A stretch of DNA of 63,502 nucleotides, filler included, from Hausera hauseri (taxonomy: Eukaryota): NCBI GenBank assembly GCA_046269625.1. It is 11 parts of 11 records of this genome, joined end to end, with 100 filler letters (N's around TTAATTAATTAA, not from the genome) between each part and the next. Parts side by side here need not be neighbours in the genome. Positions count along the whole stretch, not along the records: positions 51,081 to 56,729 come from JBJURY010214077.1; positions 56,830 to 63,502 come from JBJURY010076437.1; 9 more parts are not named here. One strand, given 5' to 3'. The notes below the pieces were generated by a model. That model did no database searches. It saw only the letters and a program-made list of their open reading frames with translations, and was not told the origin of the DNA. Below, piece by piece: positions 51,081 through 63,502 of the stretch; position 1 is the stretch's first letter; each line of letters opens with the position of its first letter. A program made the translations under genes and the position numbers.

Positions 51081-54000
51081 GCGTAGTAGACCCGTTGGAG
51101 AATACAATTATCCGATGGTTAACCAGATAATTCCTTACTTCAGGATAGTAAATACTCTAAGAACAAATTTAAGCAGCCTCCCATTGGACCGAGAGGAATT
51201 AGATCAAGTATTGCATAGTTTGGTATATCAACTACTACACCACTTCATTGTCAATTCCTTACAAATATGCCCCCGGGATCAAGCTATCCCAAGGACTATA
51301 AAGAAGCTACACATTGTAGCAAATAGGACCGAACAATGGCTAGACCATATCGAATCAAATAAGGATCACCCTAGCGCCACACTTTGTATATTCAGAGAGA
51401 CTCCTCGCGAATGGATCAAGGATAGCATTAATTGTTTATTGTTATGTGGTAGTGTAGATCAATTACCAAACGAGGATAGAAAAGATTTCACGAAATTATA
51501 CATTATCTTATACGGATCATATTTTGATCGACTAAAACAAGAAATCGGAATAAATTTTAAGGAATCAGATTATAAATACCAATTACTTCTGAAAGTTAGC
51601 ATCTTATATACCTCTTATACAATCCCAATTAATAGTTTACTATCCTGCCCAGTGAGTGACTTTAAAGCCGAAGTATACTACGAAGGTTTTTACCTATTTT
51701 GACAAATTCTAATAGAAATACCCATACAAACTATATGGCTACAACCTACTAATATTATGATAGTAATTTGGAAAGGTGCGATGGGGATACCAAGCAATGA
51801 ACTTATATGTTCAAAACATAAAGTACAATTAAAAGTCCGACTTCAAACCCATTCTATATTACAGATAATACGCTGAATTCAGTCGCTTGACCCACTGATA
51901 AGAAAATACCGGATAACTTACGAAGAAACTATAGTACACGGAGATGAAGACAAATATCAATCTTTATTCGTCGGAAGTCACAGAGAACATGTGATAATCA
52001 CTCGTTTCTTACGAGGAAAAATATTGCCATTTCCTGTAGCAGACATAATCAGTCTTCTACAGAGAATCTCCCCAGAATTAGTAGAAAATTAGCCTCCGAG
52101 AAGAATTGCTAAATTGGCCAATAGGTGTCTAGGATTATTCAAGTATTATGGCGAAGAGCTAACAAATAAAACTCAAGCAGATTCCTTTATAAACAATTGT
52201 TGGATGGTATGCACACTAATGGCAATAAAAGATGATCTTATCCAGGAAGAGATAGATGCCTATGAAGAAGAGGCGCAAATAGTATGGAATAATTATCTGA
52301 ATAGGAATATAAATACACCATTAACCCCGTTGGATTACGAAGATAGAGACACATTTGATATGATAAACGCAAGTGTATTTTCAGATAAATTAAATGCATT
52401 ACCGTACCATGTAATATTCTGCGATTTAAATGGCAGTCAAGAAATAGTTAAGTTATTCAAAACGGAACATGAAAGGTTAATAAATACCCGTCGACTAAGA
52501 TCAAGTAATAAAGAAAAAGTGACAACAGATATAACAAAGATTATACGACGATTAAATGCCTTCGAGAAACGAGTCCAGCTTATCCAAAATGGAAAAGCGA
52601 CGATGACTACGATGAGACGGAAGGAAATGAAGGAAATGAGGCACAACACGAAACATTTCACTCCAGCATCAATAAAGACCAAACAGTGGCGAGTAATAAC
52701 ATTAATCCAGATGAACCCATACCTATTAAGATAACTGAGCACAGTACAGAATGAAATTACGAATTCTGGCATCCATAAGGAAAATGATACCGAAACATAG
52801 CCGATATCGGGGAAAATGAGTTTAGCAACGGATTCACTTACTGAACACTAATGTTACCTGCTGTACTATTCATATTATTCGGAACAGCCGAAGTTACTCC
52901 TCCGACAACAAGTATTAATCATGAAATGTCATCTATATGGTTATTATGATTAATCTTAGTCAACTTAATGTTTCGCATGAAGAAATCTGAACAATCAAAC
53001 AGCGACGAAGAGATTACTCCAACTGAAAGACACACGGTAACTGAAGGAATTCCAACTCTTAAACCAAGACATATGAAACGTCGAACATTAGCAAGAATGA
53101 AGGAAATACAAATTAATAAGTCCTTGTTACCCGATAGTGATAAGGAAAATATTGATTCTACGGGCGAATACTGCTACAGACAAACAAAGTCGAATGAATC
53201 CCGAAACTCATCTCTATGATTATCTTGACAAGGAGAACGTTATGAAAGAAAAATGCTACAAGAAGATAAGCGAGAAAACCAAATCTTTATTAAGAATTTT
53301 GATCAAACAACATAATGATTAAATTTAGACGGCTCAGTACAATTAAACCTAGAAACTTAGGCTAAAAATCCAAAGCTGAATCGCCATTATCTACAGACAG
53401 TAGGACAGAAAGAAGAAATTATCAGTAATAAAAAGGAGGAAATTTATTCGCCATTCGACATAATTTCAGAGGAAACGCAAATAATAATAGCTCTAATAGC
53501 AAAAGGAGTAGAATTAATAGCGAAACACCCCTATTTAACTACTAACAAAATAATTCCAATAATTTGTGATATAAACAAGTTTTGTGAGAACCGTCATGAA
53601 TTGTCAACCGAAGAATATGAACTCTATAGCGGCCAACCGTTTGGTCCAATTACCATTAGAAAACAGAAGCCCCGTAACAATAATCGAATAAAGCCCGGAT
53701 AAACGGATGAGGATTAAAGACCTCAGACAAGCCTATGTAACTCATCTACAATGGAAAAAGGAAATTAGACAATTGGATTTGGCGGGAAAAAATGCACTAT
53801 TAATGTACCAGAACGGAATACAACTATGTCGAAGAAGTAACACGGACGTCTACCAAATATTCAATACGCAAAATCGCTTATGAGAAACACCTGACAATAT
53901 CAGAAAAGAACTTATATCCTTCTACCTCGACATGTACAAGAAATATTTCGAGCAATATCAGAAGGAATCAAGATACAATCCTAACACTCATCTCGTGAGA

Positions 54001-56729
54001 GATAACTTAATACTAATCACCAGATTTCAATACCTACTTTCTAAGGAAGCACTGCACGATGGCAGATCCTTTAGAGAACGTTATGAAAACGAACGAGCAA
54101 ACTATAATTCACGATTGTGAATATTTAACGAAATCATGAATGTATCTGGTTTAAAGCTTTCTTGGTACAACCCTATGCATGAATAAGCTAAAGCTTGGAA
54201 TTATAGATGTGGAATAAAATCCATTCACTTTAAAAATCGGAAACACGAGCTAATAATTATGCACGAATTACAACTATCAACTATACCACAACTGATAGAA
54301 AAAATACGATCAGTCGACTTATTTAACATAATACATGATTTCAATGCGGATGAAAAGCTCGTAATCAGATCCAGCATGGATTACGAAGCCTTATTTATTC
54401 GTAGAAAAGCCGAACGAAATTTCCTGACTAAAGTTCTCCGAGGTGATAGAGCTTCCTTACCAGTTAATCATATTAGAAAACAAATTGAAAACGAATTAAC
54501 TGGTATAAATAATTATGTTGATGATCATGACATGTACAGTGTAAGTAATTACTATCTAACCTTGTATGAATGGTTTGGACTGGAATTGAGGCCACAGGGT
54601 AATTGTGACATTTATGACCCATGAATCACAGCTTACACAATTATAGCATTAAAATGTAAGCTCGATGAAGAAGCGTCACAAGCAATAGAAGAAAAGAAAA
54701 TTAAAATTCTATGGAATAAATATTTGAAACGAAACTTCAATCAAGAACTCTCTGAACAAGATTACCAAGATATATACTCATTTGTAATGTAAACGCAGAA
54801 GGATTATCTGGTCGAACAACTGCTATCCGATACCGCTTAATATTTTGTTCACTATCAATACCAAATAAAAAAGCCGAAAATTTTAAATTAAAACGAGAAA
54901 GAATAATAACAAAAAGAAAGTCAATCGGTTGAGCCAAAATCAATGATTGGATAAATTTTGTGATTAAACCCTTAAGTCCAGTAGCACCAATGCTTATACC
55001 ATCATTTTTAATTAAGAAAGGTAACGCAGAAATAACTACCAACATTACGGTACCAGCAAACGAATCAAAATTCCCTCCAATATCCACACAAGAATATACT
55101 ATTTTTGCAGTAATATTGACACCCTTAGTTAGTCACATAATAGGAGCAGTGATATTCTTCAACAAGAGAGTTAACCGATATAAGCAATTCAACTCCATTA
55201 AACAAGATATATTACCAACAACCAGCGTATATATAATTGGAAGCAACCTAATACCCATGGTTAAAGCCAAAACATGCAACAAAGGAGCATATGCGTACAT
55301 TCAAACAATGGGCATAATAACACTAATGTTACTAATATCATTCGTTTTTGCATTAGCCAGTTACGCTGCAGTACTAATCTAAAGGTTTTATGAAATACGA
55401 AGAGCGGTAAGATGAAGAGTACAATTAATGTTAGACCTGGAAACAGCCAATGGGGAACCACCCCGAAAGTACGACGATGTTTCAGGCAAGTCTCCACGAA
55501 TTTACAAACGAATAGCAATACCTGTTGCTTTGTTAGCACTCAACGTAACCTCAACCGAAGCAAGTCAATATAAATACGCCCTCGTACCTACCTTACCAGT
55601 TGTGGATGTTAAATCATTTTTGTTGCTAATGTTTCTAATCAGTCTAGCCAGTAGCACTATAGTCGAACTAATAGTAATAGCATTTTATAAATGTTGCCGA
55701 GTAGCCAGATACTATCAAAAGGCAACTAAACAATCATCTTCTCCTAATTACCAGGAAAACCAAGGAAACTATGGTAGACCAAACTCAATTCTTCTATCTA
55801 CCCTGGTAATATTCTGTTTAATCTGAAATTGCACTGCTCAATCAGTCAGCTCAAGTAAACAAGGATATTCGAAATATGTAAAATTTTGTCGTACGTTTTA
55901 TGAATATAGGTGGTCGAACAATTAACAGAACTAATTCGATTCACAAGACTACAATGAGACAAGAAAAACGAGCAAGTAGGGAAGAATTTTTAGGTAAAAC
56001 TCCTACCATGCTGGTCCCAAAAATCATTCCAAACCACATGATAACTAAAGTAGAAACGACCGAAAATTCATGGTCAAAAGATCTTCATATACAACGACAA
56101 CTAAAGGAATCGTCAGCCGTTTTAACAAAAGGAATTTTTAAGAGTCATACATGGTCGAGAGTTGAATTGGAAGATATACCTGGATGGGTGATAAAGAAGT
56201 ACAAATGGAACTGAATAGAATAGCGATAGATCAATATATCATTTCAGAGAAGAACACATTCAAACCAGTTACAGATACCATATTATTGGAATTTGGTAAA
56301 ACCAACAAGGAAATGTCAGCAGAAGATAAACTTTTGTTGTTAGAATCGTGTGATGCGACAGGAAATTGTGAGATAACAAAAGGCAACACCAGGGACAGCT
56401 CAAAATACAGAAATATAGCATCAGTAAAAGAAAGATTCAAACTTTACATGAAAAATAATATCGACCGATCAATCGAAGTACATGACATAGCACATTTATT
56501 GCGAATGTTAAACAAGCCACTCAATCAAGATTTAGACATAGAATGTGAAATTACTAATTTGAAGAAACAACACCCACAACAGAATCTAAATGAAATCATA
56601 CACACCCTCCACCAACAATATTTGCGAAATCAAAAAACTGACAGCATTGAAATAGAACCAACTAGAGATATAACGAGAGAATCAGATGTTGAAACAACCC
56701 ATAAACAAACCTGGCTGCGTATATTTTTA
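51081..56729 (+). pseudogene. Decayed A-rich polyprotein-like region with a duplicated unknown domain and several transmembrane segments; probably viral/retroelement-derived
   Basis: Long frames continue through stops; protein-level internal duplication; no introns evident; no recognisable family. Confidence 0.55.
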
Positions 56730-56829
56730 NNNNNNNNNNNNNNNNNNNNNNNNNNNNNNNNNNNNNNNNNNNNTTAATTAATTAANNNNNNNNNNNNNNN
56801 NNNNNNNNNNNNNNNNNNNNNNNNNNNNN

Positions 56830-56990
56830 CCAAGAAATCGGAGCCTATTATGGGCGATCTGATGTTGGCTATGTGAAAATTCCAGGAAAATTTCCCTGGT
56901 AGGTTGAAGAATGTGAAGGTCAATTTTGTGGTACCTACAATATTCAAAGGTGGACCACAGGCAGTAAACAGTGGAGATAAATGCACCACG
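56830..56990 (-). mobile_element. Protease fragment of the CsRN1-like gypsy family
   Basis: PLFTACGPPL..FSWNFHIANIRSPIIGSDFL, nearly the same as copy C. Confidence 0.9.
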
Positions 56991-57798
56991 TATTCTTGAT
57001 TAGGATGTTTTCATACGCACTGCTCTAATCTCACTGTCGGAAACTACAATAAGCATTTCTGAGAGACGTATTTGTATATTGAATTTCTATCAATAATATT
57101 CCTGTATTCGGTAATTTTTTGGTGAGTCGTATCATTACATTATTTGTCATGTACCTGCATTCGTCGATATATATTCCAGTACATTGGAATTTCACCTTTG
57201 ATAAAATTTGTTCAATTGACAGGGTAATGTTCACTATTTCTGTATAATTTGCAAAATTGGTTTTGTTCACCTTGTTGGGATGTTTACCCATTCGTTGGGG
57301 TTTAGATAATCCATCATACCAACAGAGTAATAGCAAAATTTTTTTGGAAATGATGTTCAATTCCTCGCTGAGGTCGGAATTCCAGCGGTTTGGTGATTGA
57401 AGTCAGACTGCGCCTTAAGCCTTTCCGTTTAGCAGTAAGGTATCGCGAAGTACAGATTCTATATTTCAATTTCAAATGAATTTTATTCATCTTGAGAATG
57501 TTGCTGTTTACGCTCTTTCAATTATGGATGTTGGGCCTGATGACTCGATGAGAATATCTAACCCGGGTAAAGTTTAAATACATGCATGTGTTCTCATATT
57601 CCTTTTGTTATTGCGTTTATTGCCATTTACTTACTATCCGTCTACTTATTGTTTGTTCGTAATATCCTCTCTCCTATGCATCGCCCGACATCGTTAATCT
57701 TCTTCCAAAGGTAATCCATCCACATCTTAAAGTCCTAATGCTACCTCCTCAAAAGTCATTCCCACTCTCAATTAATAGAGCATCAATAATATTATTAT

Positions 57799-59017
57799 TG
57801 TTATGGAATTTCACAATATTCAGAATTTAGAGGACAATTAACAATTAACATTACTTCCTTCATTTGATAACCATTCAACTCAGGAATTCGAATAACCCTT
57901 AAAACAGAATCAACACAACTTAAGATGTATAAACTACTGTAATTGTCAATTGGGTAACACCAGTGTTCCTCTGTACTCCTTTTCACATAATTTCGATAAG
58001 TCTGATCAATGTAGTATCTTTCCTCCAGTTTTATAATAATAGGTTGCTAAAATTTATTGAACAGATTCTGTACCAAATCACCGATTGGATGCTGCCTAAC
58101 GATTGTGCACTTCGATCACCACCACTCTGTAACTGTTCTGTCTGCTTACTCCAGCTGAACGAAACGAATCGACGGTTTTGTGACTTCATAAATCAACGTT
58201 GGTCATCAATTAATGATCGAGATTATATCATCAGGACTCGTATTCACCAGTGTGTAGAGTTCTTGCTGGTTATCACTGAACGTGTTGTGAATGACTGCCA
58301 TGTGAATTACTGCCAATAAGAGTGGTAACATATTCTCTCGTTAATGAAATGACATATGGTGGAGGTAATAAAAAGAGAGAATTACTGTAAATATATATCA
58401 ATAATGAATTCATCAACTGTAAATAATAACCATTTAATAGGAACTTTTGTTGATAGTTAATGGCCAGAAATTAGTAATAAATTGTATACGTATATCAATA
58501 AATCTCTGAAAATGAAATAAAAAAGGAATTAAATCTAGTAGCGAGTGGTGTAGAAAGACTAAATATTCGAGAAGAATCAGACAAGATCAGAACTAAGTAT
58601 AGAGACAGAGTGATTTCCGACACATCGAAAGTGATTCAATTAAGACTTTTTCTATTGATCTTGCTGATAAGACTTCATTGTGCTACGATTTGTATTGTAC
58701 TCATCAATATTGGTAATTTTTCTTGTTAATAAAGTATTGTTGTATCTCTAAATTTTGTTAATAATTTCCATCGCTTCTTAAAAGCGATTTGACTTCCCTA
58801 AGGTTAAACTCTTTACTTAAACTACATAGTTAAGAGGAAGAATCGATTAACGTGACGCAAGCACCTACATTCAGTACACGCAGTACAGTTCTAATAGAAG
58901 CTAACTATAAGTAAGGTACAAACAGTCTATTCAAGAACGATAGACCGTACCTGCATATAATTCGACTAAATTTGTTATATAGTGGGCGTTGTATAAAGGC
59001 CACCCCAATATATAACA
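57799..59017 (+). repeat. Probable 5' LTR (TGTTAT...ATAACA); left boundary uncertain
   Basis: Ends ATAACA two bases before a PBS; complementary TGTTAT at 57799; no second LTR available to confirm. Confidence 0.5.
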
Positions 59018-59019
59018 TT

Positions 59020-59037
59020 TGGCGACCCTAGCAGGAC
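59020..59037 (+). promoter_or_regulatory. Primer binding site, probably tRNA-Arg
   Basis: 18-nt TGGCGACCCTAGCAGGAC directly after ...TATAACA-TT and upstream of gag. Confidence 0.8.
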
Positions 59038-59399
59038 AGTTTGTACCTCGCTAGACTTTTGAGAGTTAAATAAATACATACTGGCGAACAGCGCCACTTA
59101 CACCGAATAACTTTGATACAGTTGGAATTCAAAATTAAAATTGAATATATAGGTTATTAAACGGGGATAAATAACGTTAAGTTCGAAAACAAATATTGAT
59201 AAGTCAAATATAAATCTTGTTCTAAAAGAAAACCCGCCTATACGCCATACGCGTAGAAACGTATATAGAAGTACTAAAAACTCGGATAAGCGTTCTTTTC
59301 TGAAAGTAGAGCTAATACAGATTTAACCGCTGTTGAGCGAACTGACAAGTTTAAAATTCCTCTTACGAAACTTAAGGTTAATAAAACGAAATTTGAGAC

Positions 59400-61765
59400 T
59401 AATCACGTAAATAAAATAGCAGCAGATAACCCACCTGTAGCGCAGAAGTTAAACATCTTCACTTTTGATTCTCTGAATCTGCCGGCATATGATAGTGACC
59501 CCGACGGGTTAAATGAATTCCTGAGAACTTATAAATTGCACGCAGGTGCTAGCCTTCCTCCGGAAGTGATGATTAAACACTTGTCACTATATCTGAAAAA
59601 TTTATCCGCTGACGCTTATAGTGAGCTTACAATTGATAAAAAGAAATCTTGGTCCTCCCTGGTAGAAGCATTAAACCGTAAATCATTGCCGACCGTACCG
59701 CCGCAACAAAAACTTATGGCCTTTCAAAATAGAATGAAACAAAAGGATGAATCGGTAACCCAGTTTGCATTCGCATTGAAAAAACTTGCTAACAGTTATA
59801 TAAACACACTGAGGATAGCCAATGTGGCTAGAGCCAAAACGGATGCGGAACGCGATGCCGCAGAAAAAGCAACACCGCCAGACCTAGATGTTATGATGAC
59901 GACTCAATTAATCCATGGTATTTGGTCCTGAGATTTAGTTAAACAATTGATTTTGGCTAGACTTAAGAATTTTGAAGGAACTTTACAATTAGCACAAGAC
60001 TTCGAGATGGCTCTTGATAGATACGCCAAGCACGGTGAAAGAAATGACAATAATGATCGTAGTGATAGGAATCGAGTTGATAATCGATGAAGGGACGACA
60101 GACGATATGGGCAATATAAATTATGGGAACATAAATAATAATAACAGTTACAGGAATGTCCGAAGCAATAACTATACTAATGAACAAAATACGAATAGAT
60201 CGGATTTTAGCTGGGATAGGAATAGAAGGAACTACAGAGGTTAGTTAAATCACAATGATGATAATCGAAATAATGATAACCGAAGAAATGCAGATAATGC
60301 TCAAAGTTCAAATAGATCTAAGTCACCTGTGAACGAAGACGGTCGACAGAGTCGGCAGAAATGGAAATTTAATTTGTTTCACTTGCGGAAAAGGAAATAT
60401 TTCAAGGTCATGTCCAAACCCACGTAGCGTTTCATTTGCAGAGCCAAACAAGACTAGTATGATTAGAGTTAATGAAAATTTAGACGCAAAGTACGGTGTT
60501 CGCGGAGACGCAGGTACTATCATCGATATACAAGACTTACGAAGATTTCTGGATGCTCAATCTGAGACTATTAATCCACAGATTCTGATGGCCAGAAAAG
60601 AATATGGAGACAAGCTGAGACTATTAGAAGTATATCATAGTTTAGTGGAACCCGAAACTGAATATGAGAATGCAATAGCACCCACACGGACTGATATGAC
60701 GCGAAAGAAGTGTTCCGACGAGTAATAAAATATCTGATATACCAGGAACCTCGACAGAGGTCGACTTAGATGCAGACCCTGAGTTCACGGTCGAAAAAGT
60801 GGATAAGTCTACTGATGACGATACAGCCGAGAAAGAATTTATGTAGCCACTAATACTCAAAATTACGAAAAATAGAGGCCGTAGCCCTTCCTTAAAAACG
60901 AACCGTAGAAGTTGTTCACGCTCCAAAGTATCTAGAGAGAAAATCGAAGCAGCGAGAGATACAAACATCGCTGTAGAAAGCGACAGAACATAGTTTAAAC
61001 AAACCAGAAATCAGTCCATTCACACCTGTAGAGGCAAAGGAACCTACAGAGTCATTTAATGAAATCAACGAGATTTGCCCAGTTCCCACTAGTGAGGAAG
61101 AAACGGTAAATATTGATGATTTTGATCCAAGAAAGTGGAAGGTCCGACGTTCATGGAAAAACGCTGATGAGTTAAAGAAAATGAGAATTAGATGCCACGA
61201 TCCAGAAATACTACAGCGTAATTTAAAAAAGCTTAAGCTTATGGACGAACAAGTAGATATATCCGGAAAGGAACAACAGTATGCTGAGAGGTTACATAAA
61301 AGTTCAAAATTATGCAGTAAAGGAAAACTCGATAAAGCAATCGACTTAAGACAACCTGAGGAGGTACCGCCTGAAACGTTGTTTAAACGGAAGCATGAAT
61401 TAGAATCATGGAGTAAATGTGCAGTCGAATTTCCGGAAGGATGGAGCAAAAACGAAGAGTGTCGACGTAAAAGCCGCTAAAACTCAAACGTTATTATCTA
61501 CCTTAGAAACAACCCAAAACTGGAGAGTGGTCCGTAATTTAGAACGTATGATGGATAAAATTCGCCGTGCAGTGATTAATCGGCTGAGAGAAAAAGCGGT
61601 TGGCCATCGAAGCAATATCGATTTAGAAATATTGGGTAGATATTTCTCCCTTAATGGAGATGATAAAAATCGCATTTGCTGTACCTAAACAATACACGAA
61701 CCTAGAGAATCGAATCAAAATAGAAAATGAGACGCAAGAACAGATTTATAACTTGAGAAAACGAA
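59400..61765 (+). mobile_element. Decayed gypsy-type gag (capsid, N/R-rich linker, CCHC) followed by a non-protease extension
   Basis: LPAYDSDP, RMKQKDESVTQFAFALKKLA, CFTCGK-GNISRSC; ~1.3 kb of further coding-like sequence with no D(S/T)G motif found. Confidence 0.75.
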
Positions 61766-63062
61766 TTGTCCCCAAACCACGAGGAGAATCAATACGTAGT
61801 AAAGGCTTTTATCGTAGAATTGGACGAATATAAGGACGAGTTTAATTATTTCGGCTGGATAATGAATTTCCTAAAAGGGCCGGACGGTGAGTTAAAAGAT
61901 GCATATAAGATGTTAGATAGGGCAAGAAATAAATCCTTTTTTTGCAAAATGGAATACAAATCGTGCTGTCTTCAATTAGATGTTGACGACAACGGTAAAG
62001 TCGTAATTGTCGACAAAAATGAGAGTTGCTGAACAATTTAATGAAAACAGTGACAAAATAACCGATGAAACTGTTGTGTATGAACAATTTATTTATACTA
62101 CTGACAAAATAGCCCATGAAACTGATATGGATAAACCTGTTGTAGAGGAAATAGCTGTAGAACAATTTGAAGACATTGATGTGCATGAAAACAGTTACAA
62201 TTTTGCTGATTATGCAAATGAAGAAGAATGTCATGAGAAAAAGTCCTCTCATAAGCGTATAATTTATTTTCAATATATACTCTAATTATTTTAATAGGAT
62301 TATGAAAGTACAGATGAGCAATCGTATGATGATTATGTAGATCAACTATCAACATTGTCAGATTGTTAAAAGCAAACAGGATGTCGATATTACCCATCTC
62401 ATTGACCAAATAACTGATATTGAAAGTGATGAACTTAACGAAACTACAATTATACATGTGGCCAAATTTCCAACTACTCTACGCGAACATATTCAATTAT
62501 TTGCTCGGTGTATGATGATTTATGACAATATAATGAAAATTAATAAAAGAAAAAATTTATTAACAATCATCTTTGTTTTATTAATAAACTGTGCTTATTA
62601 ATAAAACTGTGCTGTTTAATAAATTTTTGTGTCCTTAATTTGATAGTTTTTATCGTGCATAAAAAACAAATAACTGAATGCAAAATTTAATATCATATTA
62701 CAATACATTCATTGTCTATTAAACTCAACAATCATATTGTTCAATTCATTCTGACTGTTTTCTAATTCTTTTACCATTCAGATTATCTTATCCGTCATCG
62801 AGTAACTAATCAATCTGCTTCGTATTACCTCCAACAGAACCTCGGGTGCTACATACACAAGATCATGACGTAGTAAACAAGTTCTGCACTTCATATAATC
62901 CTTGATGAATTTCTTGTTTCAATTTAATCACTGCTGAAGACAGTCATTTTTGATTGAAATGAAGCCAAGATATTTGAACTAATTGGTTGAGACATTTTCA
63001 TAAGTGACACTTTAGCATGGGTATTTAAAAAAGCTTTCTGAAATTTAAACAAAAATTTTTAC

Positions 63063-63240
63063 CGCGAAATTTAAACATTTTTTTAGCGCCAAATTCAAAT
63101 TTTTGAACACTACCGAATACATACAGTACGCTTGCATGTGTATCACTTCGTTACCTGTCTCCCATCTACGCCCTATTAAACGTGTGTAACGCTTTTCCTA
63201 CCCTATGACTCATTCCCGAACCACATCTATTCTCCTTCAG
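63063..63240 (+). repeat. Dispersed ~170-bp repeat, copy 3
   Basis: Aligns with 15797-15962, including the leading CGC(G/C)AAATTCAAA. Confidence 0.75.
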
Positions 63241-63502
63241 CAAGGGTGAGGTCTTGGTATCAGGCGCTCACTTATACCTATTTATTTAGTTGGTCAATTT
63301 TCTTTTTTAGACAATTTTTTCAAGATTGTATATTGTGAATAAACTAAAATTGATATTAACTTGTTCATGATCATTTTTACTCAATAACTAATATGGTAAC
63401 AAACTTATTTGATAAATCTATAGGGAAAAGGGTAACTTTTACAAGAGATATTTGAGGTAGTATTTTATGCAATTATGTAATGTTACGAAATCGAGTAGAC
63501 TG

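Noticed and set aside
55455-55475. PPRKY as a PPxY late domain
   Set aside because: The spacing is PPxxY, not the consensus.
57536-57570. Second CTGATGA hammerhead-like core
   Set aside because: Stem II and the GAAAC/UH elements cannot be formed convincingly.
1-63502. CRISPR arrays, rRNA/tRNA genes, prokaryotic operons or defence systems; species identification
   Set aside because: None seen; the sequence is eukaryotic, and the only tRNA-related sequence is the PBS. Tiny introns and gene content indicate a compact-genome invertebrate but do not identify the species.

Overview
This is eukaryotic (invertebrate animal) DNA, not prokaryotic. The window is an artificial concatenation of 11 short contigs joined by 100-bp spacers (44 N + TTAATTAATTAA + 44 N), so adjacency across spacers has no biological meaning. 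Most of it is decayed mobile DNA: four divergent copies plus one fragment of a CsRN1-like Ty3/gypsy family, other gypsy elements, a BEL/Pao element, a near-intact R1-like non-LTR element with RNase H, and a Polinton/Maverick pPolB fragment with an associated dispersed repeat. One contig carries a real spliced host gene (RRM-like + several Tudor domains + coiled region + pseudokinase, STK31/TDRD8-like) whose introns are mostly 38-47 nt. Several contigs carry intronless host-gene fragments (PSMD12, XRN1, eEF2, Ig/Fn3, CFAP47, ANKHD1, an MDC1-like BRCT). The most notable observations are: (1) a ubiquitin-like domain ending in a diglycine, fused in frame to the N-terminus of Gag in all four CsRN1-like copies and apparently in the BEL/Pao element; (2) a chuvirus/gB-like class III glycoprotein lying upstream of protease-RT in a gypsy element; (3) an unrecognised ~380-aa domain duplicated in a decayed membrane polyprotein; (4) a conserved, covarying -1 frameshift pseudoknot. 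All family assignments come from manual translation and motif recognition; no database searches were run, and boundaries of decayed elements are approximate.
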